The notes below the pieces were generated by a model. The model did not search any database, was not told the origin of the DNA, and saw only the letters and a program-made list of their open reading frames with translations. The position numbers and the translations under genes were made by a program. Below, piece by piece: positions 14,101 through 26,200 of a stretch of DNA of 64,000 nucleotides. Every line of letters starts with the position of its first letter. Within the stretch, counting starts at the first letter, position 1. This stretch comes from Hydrolagus colliei (lineage: Eukaryota). Where the stretch lies: contig CM068743.1 in NCBI GenBank assembly GCA_035084275.1, positions 16,988,001-17,052,000 of the forward strand. The letters are read 5' to 3'.

Positions 14101-15165
14101 TAGTAGTGCCTTTAACACTAGGAGGACGTCCAAAAGTGCTTTGTAGGAGTCATTGTAAAGTGGAGTGACTGGGTCTGTGTTGGTGAAGGTGGCAGCTAAT
14201 TTTGCACAATATGTGGCAAATTGTATAAACAACAACAAACAAATGGAGTGAACGAGCAATGTTATTTGGCAGATTGTTGGCCAGGATATTAGGAGAAACT
14301 TCCTCCTCTTTCAAATAGTGCCTAGGATTGCTAGTGTCCACCTGAATCGGTGGACGAAGGGTGTAGCACCTCCAGCAATATAACACACCCCCAGCAATGC
14401 ATTGGAGTGTTACTAACACTATATGAATTCCAAGACCCGACATGGGGCTTGAACCTTTTGACTCAGAGACGAGAGGAGGGTTGCAATCCCAGGAAACCTG
14501 ATGCTGGGATCCTGGGATCTCATATTAATAATAATAATAATGCTTGCATTTGAAATAGCGCTTTCACATCTTATTGATGTCTCAAAGAGCTTCACAGATT
14601 ATATTGTAAAGTGAATTGACTGTATATTTGTGGGTGAAACATGGCAGCCAATTGCACACAGCAGTGTCCCACAAACAGTTGTGGATTGAAATTACCAATT
14701 TTTATTATTGTAGTTTTTTGGACGGATTATTATTAGGTATGTGGAGTAAGGAAACTTGCCCAAGGTTCCACTCTGATCTGCCTGGATTCGAACACAGGTC
14801 TCACACTTGTAAGGCGAGTGCTCTAACCACTGAGTTACAGGAGCTCATATGGTAATAGTGCTCCCAAAATCCATGATTCATTGAAGAGAATCCCAGGATC
14901 TACAGATTCTTAGCTGAGCCAAGACGGAAGGGAAGGGAAGGGCAGGTACTTCCTGCTATGCTGTTGAGAAGGCAGGTGGGTGTTTAATCCTCCCGGGTGC
15001 CGTCTTCATCAAGGGCTGAGCTCCATTGCTGTGGAGAACAACCAGGGGGATTCTGGATAAGGTAAAATTCAGGAACCAGAATCCCAGGATTTGGGACAAT
15101 AAATTCCCCCCAAACTCAGGATTCCAAATTTCAACCGCTTAGTAGGTGTGTTACCAACTCACCCT
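14100..15165 (-). mobile_element. Nested stack: old SINE, interrupted by a putative hAT-like MITE (14477-15139), itself interrupted by a Deu-SINE (14525-14847)
   Basis: Old SINE head split at gagag|..|gtgttaccaactc; repeated aatcccagga motifs; ctcatat on both sides of the inner SINE. Confidence 0.65.
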
Positions 15166-15182
15166 GACAATAACCTAATGAA

Positions 15183-15450
15183 ATCCTGTACCTCAGTGGT
15201 TAGAGCACTCGCCTTACAAGTGAGAGATCAGGGTTTGAAGGGCAAAACCTTGGGCAAATTTCTTTACTCCACACACCTGATAATAATCCCTCAAAACAAA
15301 TTGGTCATTTCAATCAACAACTGTTTGTGGGATACCGCTATGCACAATTGCTCACGTATACATAGTATACTTTACAGTATATTCTGTGATGTGCTTTGAG
15401 ATGTCTAGAAGACATGAATTTATATCACATGCAAGAATTATTATTATCAT
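15183..15450 (+). mobile_element. tRNA-derived Deu-domain SINE
   Basis: tcctgtacctcagtggttagagcactcgccttacaagtgagag head, Deu core, (att)n tail. Confidence 0.88.
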
Positions 15451-16044
15451 TAATGTCATGTCTTCATCACGCCATTGCTTTGTCTTAAACAAAGTAGATT
15501 TTACTGCAAACCTCACCAAAGAATAAGTCACAATTCCCTGCAGAATGTTCCAGGTGGGCTCCCAAAGTGGACCTGGATTTATTTACTTCGACTCACTGGT
15601 GCTTAACTGCCCACTACAAATTATGGGAATTCTCAGTAGAAAGGCATGGAGAAACCGTTTGCTTAAAATAGAACCCAGAGCCTCAGATGAAAATCATGGA
15701 CAATGCGAAGCAATTATCTGCTTTTCCATCCTGATCTACGATGTGGGTCAATATATTCGCACTGCCTCACTCACTGATCTTTTTTATGCCTTTATCCTAA
15801 TCCCTGTAAATTGGATTCTTATTGCACCTATCTTTGCATCACACACATACATCACTGTTAACACCTCTACTCAGTTTTCACAATTTGCTAATCACCCATT
15901 AGCCATCTCTCTGTGACTGCAGGCTGTTTGAATAGACAAGATCTCCTATCTCAGATTTACCTCCCTCAATCCTATCAAGGGGCTTCTCTGACCCATTACT
16001 TCTGTATAGAGTCACACATGAAACATTAACCTATCTTTCTCTTT

Positions 16045-16350
16045 CAGATTCTGGGAATCAGTGGATGGGCCTTCAGCCTCTCTAGCCTCACACTCTGGAA
16101 CTCCATCCAGCAGTCCATTCGCCTCACTCCCTCCCTCGCCTCCTTCAAGGCCGGTCTCAAGACCCTCCTCTTCAACCATGCCTTCTGCTGCCCTCCCAAC
16201 TCTCTCCATCCCCTCCTAACTCTCTCCCACCCTGCCCCCTACCCAGCCCCTCTCCCTTGCTCGGGTCCTGGCTTGACTGTTCAGCTCCTTGGGATGTCCT
16301 TCCAACGTGAAAGGTGCTCTATAAATGTAATTTTGTTGCTGTTGTTGATG
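16045..16350 (+). mobile_element. L2 LINE 3' end
   Basis: ctctggaactccatc..ctcaagaccctcctcttc..gaaaggtgctctataaatgtaattttgttg. Confidence 0.88.
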
Positions 16351-16659
16351 ATACACGCAATATTTCAAACACTTTGGAATTTTATTCATTTCTTTCACCA
16401 GAGGGCAGGAACAAGCAGGAAAAGGACAATTGGCTCTGAGTTTGAGTCACGTAAAAGTGGGAATACTACATGTGTGTGATCGCAGGTCACATCTTTTATC
16501 TATACGTCCCTGATGAACATTCTTCACAGGAGGTGGTGGTTGGGAGGACGCAGCACAGAGAGTGGAAATAATACCGTCCGTTGCTGCAGTCTGTCAGGAA
16601 GGCAATTGTATCTCTTATCAACCATATCCTTAGCAACCACCGACTCCTGTTATTGCAGG

Positions 16660-16835
16660 GTGACCCGCGTGGCTGATGGGGGGATGGATTGAGAGGGGGT
16701 AGTGGGGGACAGAAGGAGGTGAAAGTGGGAGCACAGAAGTGGGGGCCAGGGAGGGGAAAGAGAGAGGGGGGAGTGGAGATGTAGAGAGAGAGCGGAGAGA
16801 GAGAGAGAGAGAGGAAGGAGAAGGAGATAGAGGAA
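16660..16835. repeat. Purine-rich tract with (GA)n microsatellite and G-runs
   Basis: Direct reading. Confidence 0.85.
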
Positions 16836-17494
16836 GTCTTTCCCTTTTCAAATATTTAATGGGATGTGTAATGAGCAGTAACCCATTTGAAGAATAGGTT
16901 GCTGATCTTGGTGTAGATCTCCAACAACAGCAACAACAAAATTACATTTATCAAGTGCCTTTCACATATGCAGGACGTCCCAAGGCTCCAACAATGAAGC
17001 ACTCGTCCAGTATTGTACTGCACAATCAGCCTAGAAAGGAGCTCACATTCTGACATACAGCTTGAATGTGCAACCTTCTATACCAGAAGTGTTAGCTTCC
17101 TACGAATTTATGCACCTGAGAGACAGTTGGAAAGTTTGCTATTTTCCAAATTGATTGATTAATTATGCTTCATGTTCCTTCCCCAATTCTGTCACTCTGC
17201 CCCAACTCTCGGAAACTCCATCAGAGTCCCACAGTGCCCCCTCCCTCCCGACTTTTAAAATTCTGACTTAAGACTTACCTCTTTGATGATACTTTCAGTC
17301 AACTCTGAAAGTTGTTTAATTTTACGTGTCAGCAGTCTTATTTACTGCTGCCGTTCCTGAATTTCTCCGTTAGCTTTACTTTTCAGTAGAAGCAGAATGA
17401 TGGAAATATTGTGCCTTAAATCAAACCTCTGAGCTATTTCATGTGACAGGAGAAGGGGAGGTGTTACTGGGAGATTCTGTATTATAATCATTCA

Positions 17495-18290
17495 TTGTAT
17501 CAGCACAATTTACTTCCTCAGTGCATCCGAAACACACAACCGCACAACATAACACACAAATTAACAACACATAGGCAAGAAGGGGTATTTGGGGTAACTG
17601 TATGGTATATTACATTACTCAATCCAGACACTCAGCATTCTTTCCAATGTTTTCCATCACTCTTATGTTTTGCTAATCTGCTTGCACCTGTAGCTGTCAC
17701 ACACCTTGAACTTGCCAGTATTATTCTGTTTTATAGTAGCCACTGTCGATCTAGCTAGCTCTAAAGCCCTCCCAACGTCCATACCTTTTTCACTAGAATC
17801 GATGCACTTTATCACCTTCAATTTGGCATTCAAAGTGATGACTTTGTGGGATTTCTGGCCGCTAATGGTATTACCGCTACTTGTTTCACTTACTGCTCTC
17901 TTCCCCAACTTGGTAGAAGCGCAGTAAAGGCTGTAAATCGCTTGGGAATGTTTGGAAATTACTGTAATACTGGCATGGTGTCGCTTCAAAATCAGCTGGC
18001 TTTTAAACAATGATGTGGCGACATGCTATTGGCCAGTTCAAATGCTTGGAATGAGGTGCGAGCACGATTTACCCACAAATACTCTATGAACTGTGCGTAT
18101 GGACAAAAAGGACACGCAAAATGCGACTGCAATATTCAAAATATTGTATGCGCAAAAAAAAATGTCGGTCCTTAAAACGAATCCAAGTGTCGTATATCAA
18201 TCAAAAGGTGTTAAAAAATGATGGTCCTTCAATCGAAATGACCTAAATAGAAGCATCCTAAATAGAGTAAACATCCTAAATACCTGTATT
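17495..18290 (-). mobile_element. Tigger/pogo-like DNA transposon relic (N-terminal HTH of the transposase)
   Basis: ORF 17663..18010: KVITLNAKLKVIKCIDSSEKGMDVGRALELARSTVATIKQN is a CENP-B/psq-type HTH; TA|CAGG end near 18288; no catalytic domain visible. Confidence 0.8.
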
Positions 18291-19109
18291 CAGCAAATTT
18301 CTTACAAAATAGATAGGACATCCCCGTGGGACACCTGATATGTTTTTCTGATTAGAGTCCAATATTCGTTAATCATTGGAAAGAGCTATATTCTCCATTA
18401 AATCTTTACATTGGAAATTCGAACTGGAAAGACGTGGGAAAAAGAATACCTTTTAGTAATAACACTTTAGTTGAATTCATTTATTTTGCTTGAATGTCAA
18501 TGATTCTTGAATTCCTGGGTTACCTACTTCTTGGTTTAGACAAAAGCTTTTTGGCCCATCCACTCTCATCCTTCCAGAATACTCATCCTGTCATTTCCCC
18601 CATCCCAACTTCCCCCCGCCCCACCCAATCATAATCATATCTTCATTTCTGATTTGTTGTTTGACCAACCAAAACACTGAAGGCTATTTTCAATCTACAA
18701 CGCAATGCAGAATGATATTTGATAGCACCTTTCACATCGGGAGGATGTCCCAAGTCAGAGGGTTGGGGTAAGGGACGTGGAGAGCAGGGAGGGTAGGAGG
18801 GTGGCTGAAGGGATGGTCAAAGGCAAGGGGTAGCAGGTCATAGAGGTAGGAAGGGGGTAAGAATCCAGGACAGTATTTTGCAGTATAGATGGCACGCCTC
18901 CAAATGAAGTCCCTATCTGTCAAAGATTGAATTGAATACAGACAAAAAGACACCTCAGTTCAATCAACTTGTAAATAAGATGTGGGTTTGCATTACGGGT
19001 CCAGGTTTTAGAAAACATTATCGAGTTTTCAATTTTTCTCTCCACCAATGAGTATAAAATGTATGGCAAGAATTCCTGTCTCAAAGGAAAAAATGACCAC
19101 CAATCCAAA

Positions 19110-20117
19110 CACTAGTGTGTACATTAGATAAACTTTATTTGACCCTTATTGGTACTAGTCACAGCAGTGTGGCAGTTATATTGAATTCCTATTCATTCAT
19201 TAGGATAATATTAATGAGGATTACTTTATGACCAATTTAATAAACAGTCTATTGGCTAAGAATACACTGCAGACGGAACATGCATGACTAGCAACCAAAG
19301 CAAAGCAAACCAGATGACACTCAACATTTCCGGAACCCATTTTATAATAGCCCAGAGTCCTCTAGGGCAGAGATGGTATACATTTCCTTTGGAATATAAC
19401 ACTGCTGATTGATCTGTACACAGACAATTTGTTTCAGTGCAAAGAAAGTGCTCAAGATATCTGCAGTGCATAGGAAGAAAAACATAACTCCATCAAGGAA
19501 ATACCTTCAATGTACTATTCTATAAAGCAGAGGTTAGTCATTTTGTGCATCTCACAAGCATTTGAAGACACAAATGTGTACTAGTTAGTATTCAATCTTT
19601 TCAAAATCAGCCCACAATCATTTGTAACAGAAGATACCATTTTTAATATGAGTATTTGAAACTTAAATCACTTTTCAAAAACAGAAATTTGCAAATACTC
19701 TAAAAGCAAACTAAGCAAAAGTGCTTACAGCATTTTTAATTTTTTTTGTAATCACACTTGTGCTGCAGCCAGCTATGATCAGGGCTGATCACAACCTGCT
19801 AACTACACCCAACAGTTGATAAAGTTTGTTATGCAGTTACGGACTAGCCCAATCAATGTTGCTACTTCAGTTTATACTATAGAACAACATTATTAAAAGC
19901 CTTATTGACTGCAAGAAACATTTCCTAGTGAATGACTAGGGAAGAACAGGTAATTGGAAAGTCCTAGGTGTACATCGGGAATACAATAATGAAAAGCCAC
20001 TAGATTGTAAATATGGGTTTATTATACTTAACAGATTCATTGCTCCCTTTTAATATTTTAATTACCATTCAGTGTAATAAAAATAAAGGATTAAGCACAT
20101 ATGGCACGAAACTAGAT
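19110..20117 (-). terminator. Probable NEBL 3'UTR with poly(A) signal AATAAA at 19139-19134 (a proximal AATAAA at 20023-20018)
   Basis: About 1 kb of repeat-free AT-rich sequence after the stop; AATAAA followed by a GT-rich tract (tagtgtttggattggtgg); repeats resume beyond it. Confidence 0.55.
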
Positions 20118-20294
20118 TTAGTGAAAAGGTTCGACATAGTTTGCTGGAAGCATTCCAGTGCTTCCAGTTCTCTGGACCGTGCCGTACATCCAACCCTCAT
20201 CAATTGCCTGAACATTGACAATAAAATCACCATCCTTGAAGGAAACCTCATCATCATCCGCTGCAGTGTAGTCATACATTGCTCTGAATGTCCT
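20118..20294 (-). CDS. NEBL: NEBL last coding exon, SH3 domain: [58 protein letters not shown]
   Basis: Classic nebulin-family SH3 motifs (AMYDY, EVSF, GWM, PANYV); tacag| acceptor; TAA at 20118-20120. Confidence 0.98.
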   Translation of the reverse strand, partial: RTFRAMYDYTAADDDEVSFKDGDFIVNVQAIDEGWMYGTVQRTGSTGMLPANYVEPFH

Positions 20295-23200
20295 CTGTAA
20301 CAAAAACACAAATAGTTACTGTAAATGGTTTGACATATTAAAAGTTAGTGGAAGATCTTGCAAGCAGTCACAGTCTAACATGATTCTCTTTTTCATGATA
20401 TAATGCTTCATTATAAACTGGATCCTAAAGTCTTTTTGTACAAAGAACAAATATGATCTGAAATTCTAACAGAATAACTTTACAGTGTATACTGTGGGCA
20501 TGTTAAGCTCTTGTGCTGATTCTGGAGCCGGATTCACACTCCATAAAAGTCACGTAACAATGGAAGACCGCAAAGAGAGGTACGATAAATATCAGCTGAT
20601 GGTAGAATCCAGGGCACTCTAGACAAAGGTTACACTATTGATTTTGTGCAACACCTGAATATGTGCCAGACATTGTGGAGGAGATAATTACAGCTGCAGT
20701 CTTATTTTGCAGTATTTTTTCAATGCATAAATCTGAATAGGGATTCCATCCAGTAAGAGGAAGAACATTATGCATATCACACTCACTGAAGTTGAAGTGA
20801 CATTCCCCCAGGTTGGCTGTTGTGGATTTCCAGATGTCATTGAAGAAATATGTTAAATACTGCAAATTAGACCCAAACTCTTAGTGAAAAATCATATTTA
20901 AAACTCAATAAGTTCATTATTATGCCTCCAATTATAAAAACCAAAACAGACTGAAAAGGACTCATTGCTCACGAAATACTCACTGGGGTCTTTCTATAAC
21001 CACTCAAGAAAAGTATGGCTAGTCCACACTCACCAACGAGACTGGTTGAGAATGCTGGGGCCTCATAGAGGAAACACTGGACTGGTGCATGTAGCCAAAA
21101 CCTGAGGAATGTGGAGACTGCACCTGCTGGTATGCTCCAGGAAGGACAGCAGCTACAGAAAGATAATCATCAAAAATTAAAGAACATTTCATACATTTGA
21201 TATAGTGCTTTTCACAAAGCATTTCTCAGGCATATAGTGTAAAATGCAGTAACTGCACATTTTGGAATCACCATCAAGAGAACTATATTCAGTTCTAATT
21301 TACGAACGTTTCATACAAAGCTTGAAATCAATTGATTTGGAAGGTCCCTGGTTACACTCTACTGTACCCATGTTGAGAATATTGCTTCTTCCTGTGTTTT
21401 CTCATCAAATCTGAGCACGTTTTTCTTTTCCCCTTGCGAGTTTCTTCTACCCAAAAGGCATTTAAATGTCAGCATGAAAATCATATTAGATTACAGAAAC
21501 CATGTTAAATTAGCATCAGCTTCCATATTTTATATAAAAAGTTTAACTTAATATTCCTCTTGAAACTTTGGTGTTGATCCATATTGCATTTTGCCATTGT
21601 AGAATACAATAGTTAGCCATTGCAGGGGTTGAGATAAGATTAAGTTTATTAACGGTGCATTCTCTTGGTGAACTACTGCTTTGTAGGGAAAAAATGTTTC
21701 CAAGGTGAGAGTGATCATCTGCCTTAATTGAACAATGCAGAAGAGTATCATATTTTGGATATTATTGCTATCATTTCTCTTGTATGGACAAAAAGTATGG
21801 ATATCAGGTCACCATGCAAACTGCTGTACATTTCAATTTTGTTCTATATATACAGCTGAAATATCTGAGCAAAAATTAATCTGCCAACATACCTCTTCTT
21901 CCAGACTCTAGAATTGTTGATCCATAGGTAGAGATAAAGGAATAGGGAGCGAGCAGGAGAGTGGGATAAATGAAGTGGCTCATAGATTAAAAGAAAACAC
22001 CTAACCAAGCTATAACCAGGATACCCAGAGCCTCCACCTCAACAACAGATCCCTGGCATATCTCGACAGTATGCATCCCATTGTCATCCAATAAGTGATT
22101 AATATGAAGGCCAAATATTATGTAGAAAACATTAAGTATGGAGTAGGACAAACTAGAAGGCTTTCTTTCTTAAAGTTTGAGTGGAAGACTTGTGAAACAG
22201 AGAACTAGAAATAGTTTGATTGTTCTTTGAAAAAAAACGTAGCATGTGCCATTATTTTTCTAATTTTCTCTCCATTGGCTGTCCTCTCTGTTCCTGGTCT
22301 GGCCTCCTCATGTTGGGATGCAGTTCCACAGGCACTGGTTAACTTCCGGCCATTGTTCATGTGTGAGCTTTGCCACTGTAGTAACTGTCTGAGACATTAC
22401 ATAACATTTAGAACGCTATATAAATGCAGGTTGTTTTGGTAGGCTGCTTGATTATAAAGGGTGTCACAGCTAAATCTGACAGCTAAATCTCCCCACCCAT
22501 CTGCCACATGTGTAGAATCAGCGGTAGAGGGATGGGGAGCAGTTGCTCTAGCTGCCTTTACCCTCTACAAACCCTGGAAGGCTGGGGCCAAGGTAGCTTC
22601 TTCGTGCATTCCTGGTTCAGACCAACAAACGCAGTATGGACCAAAATTCCAACCAGTGAGCTCCACAGATCTCCCATTCCACTATTGCCACTGCCCCGTT
22701 TGGTAATTTATTCTTCAGCAATGGTAGATTTTCAAACAAATGGTGCTCTGGTTAAGCTAACGCGCAGGTTCAACCTTACCCCTGAGCCCTCATTGGAAGC
22801 ATCTGTCTTAACTTGACAATAACAACCCTCGCATTTGATATAGGGATTTTAACGTCTTCTAGACATTTCAAAGTGCTTCACAAAATATAATGTAAAGTGA
22901 ATTGACCGTATATTTGTGAGCAAAACGCAATAACCAATTGCGCACAGTAGTGTCCCACAAACAGTCATGGACTGAGCGACGAAAGATAGTAATTGCAGGC
23001 CCTAAGTGCATCTCCAGATGGACAGATGGTCCATAACTATGTTAGGAATATGGAGACTAAAAACAAAAGCTATCTATCCATCATCCATTTGCAACAGCAG
23101 TGTTCATTTTACGTACTTATGTAAAAATGCTTGTATCATCAACAATGACCTTCTTACCTTCTCTCTTTCTAGCCGTCTTCTGTTTGTAATACCAATTCTC

Positions 23201-26200
23201 ATGAGGGTTCATACTCATTTGTAAACCAAGAAAATTGCTAATTCAATTTTAACACATTGTGTGCTGAAATAAACATCTCATCTACATTTAGAATTGAAGT
23301 GCCACAAATTTGAAAGCAAATGCAAGCAAGGTGCATCTTACCTTGGCTTATTTACACTTATTTCTAACTGACTAAGCCAGGTATATTATGGGCCACACAA
23401 AATAAATTTCTGAACTTTGATATTAGTATGAAAGAGGTTGGAAAGCAGTGGAATAATGTGAATAACATTTGAATAACTAATATTGTAAAACCAAAACAAA
23501 ACGAATTGCACCCACGTTCTATTGATCAAGTGTGGTAGAACCATTCCATTTTATGCTAGAGAAGATTTTTGCAGTTTACATGCAACAGTGTGCAGTAAAT
23601 GTTAGTACCAATTCAAGTTTGATAGTTTTGTACCTCCGTCTGCAGATAGGTCCAATGTACTTTCACTGTAGCCGGAGAAGCTGTGATTAAGCTCAGTTAT
23701 CTCTGACTTTTCATCACCAACACTTACACTGCCCACACTTGTGGACTCAGATTGTTTACTGTAGCGTTTTACCTTTTCTACAGCAAAGAAAGGAAAGCAT
23801 ACAAAGCAGAGTTGATGTACAGCCAAATAAGAGAACCGAAAATGTATTAAGTTGCAATCTCAAAAGTTCACTGAACAACCAGAAATGCACAGGTGAGTAT
23901 ACAGTATACATACAAGCTGGTGTACAAAGCCATTCTCCGTATGTTTAAAATAATTTTCATAAATGTGTGTTTTATTTACAGATCAGAGAACATAATGAGC
24001 ATTCTTTTCTTTCAGCTTAATTGGCACAACCGATAAATGTACGTTTTACACTTTTGAGTCACACTGGGCAAACCAGCACTTTTTTTTTAGTAAATTCATT
24101 TGTTATTGAAATGAGCAATGTTAGTTCAGGGGAATTAAACACTTTTTCATTTCAAACACTTCATAACAGGATCAAACACTTCGAGGTCAGGTCACATAAA
24201 ATTGCCGTCTGCACAGCATAGTTTCCTTTCCTATATTCAAATAATTGTGTTGGAGTTCCAGCTTTTAAGAACATTTGTCAGATTCTTAAATGTCTTTATT
24301 TTTATAGTTTGGTGTTCTGTAAGTTATTTTAAGAACTATGGGAGGACAAATTTGCAAGGCTATGTGGAGAGAGTGGGGGGAGAGCCTAAAGGCAAATGGC
24401 CTCCTTCTATACTGTATAATTCTATCATTCTAATTACAGGTTTCCAAGTTAAATTCAAGTTCCTGCACACTTTGAAATGTTACATTGCTCGAATACAACT
24501 AGACCCTGGGGAATTTTACCCCAAATGTGCCTGAAATTCAACGCCGTACAAAGCAAAAATCATCACCTAACTGATGGACTCCAGTTCTCATACCCACCAT
24601 TCCAGCAGCCTCCCTGAACAACATTAACAATTCAGCACCAAATTAGAAAACTTTGTGACATTGGTTTCAAAGTCATCAGGAACCAAATTTGGACTTCCCA
24701 CGAAATGTTTGAATAAAGGAAGCTTAAAATCAGCAAATGGAGACTACTAACACCCCATCATATTGGACTGACAAAGAGTACAACCTTTTTACACTAACCA
24801 AATTAAGTGATATTAGACAGGTTGGAATAACACATTGTTATGCTTCCTGCTCCAAAATCACTCTCAAATAAGGTTGGGGAACTCATACATGTCGAGTTCT
24901 GTTAACTACCAATAAACTATATTTGACTCTGTTTTTATATAAAAGTGTAATTAAAGTGCTGGGAGTACGACAGCCTGTTTCACAGTTGAAACCTTAAACC
25001 AAACCTTTCAATGTTTTTGAAAATGTATTTGCCATTAAAATAGTTATTATATTGGTGCTTCAATTCAATTCCAAATCAAATAAAACATGACCTGATATAG
25101 AAATCACATTGCAATGGAGCTCCATATTGTAAAAAGAGCATTCATTTGGGCTGCGTTTCAAAAATTGGATGTTACTCTGATGTTTCCAATCTAACAATTA
25201 CCCTCAATGGTTTTTCCCCACATTTATATTTTCAATTATTTGCTCACAGTTGATGCTCAATAATAACCAGTATACATTTAAGGTTGTATTGCAAGCTTTT
25301 GAGATAATTGCTAGTACATTGAAAAGGATAAAATAAAATGAGAAAAATACAAAGTCAGCTATTTCTTTATTCTTACCAAAAGTGAAATGATGATTATATT
25401 TGTGAAAAAGCAATCATTCAATTTACCAATACAAATAGAACTATAATATTCTATTTGTGTTTTGGGAACGCACCATTTCCAAATCTATAAACATAAATAT
25501 TGATAGTCAATGCATCCCTACATCCCTTTCTGTGGAATATGCACGCAATACAATTGAGAGGTTGGACACCTGGGTTTATACAGAAGCATCAACAACTAGA
25601 AAACCATGCAAACAAAAGTGCAATAGATGGAGAAAGTAAAATAAATGCAAAAATGAAAACAAGAGAATAGGGATAGAGAGAAAATGAGTGATGACAAAGT
25701 GAGTGATTTTTCCTGAAAAACAATTGAAATGAGGTTTGTATTTTATTTTTGCGTGTCATATTTAATATTACATCAACAAAGCTGTGTTGATATTTGAGTA
25801 GCTTTATTAATATAACATTAATTTCTGTTCATTGTTACACGGCAAGATTAGAATATGTACAGAAACAGTTTGCTAATGGGGAGTTCCCAAAAATTTAACA
25901 GCAATTTAATCAAAGACCTTTTTGGGGGGTCAGCTGGGTCTCTGTCATGTGGAAACCCAACACCATGATTGAGAGTAACAAAACCAAACTAGGAATTCCA
26001 ACCTAAATATGGAAATTCCAGAAATATTTATTGGAATGGAATGCACACTCTCTCCCTGGAGGGTTGCTTCCTCATTATTTAATTCCAAAAGTATTAGCAC
26101 AGGTTAGCAAGAGCCCAGACTTGTTTGCGGACCCCCGAGTGTGTGTTGGGGTACTGCTGGAGTCTAACCAGCTAAAACCGCATAGCTTGGCATTGACAGT

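Noticed and set aside
15990-16050. Hammerhead ribozyme-like remnants in Penelope-type repeats (also 42210-42250 and 51850-51885)
   Set aside because: The CTGANGA core or the stem II closing pair before GAAA is missing in each case.
18240-18285. Three cctaaata(g/c) repeats as MEF2 sites
   Set aside because: Two bases short of the YTA(W)4TAR consensus and located at the transposon terminus.
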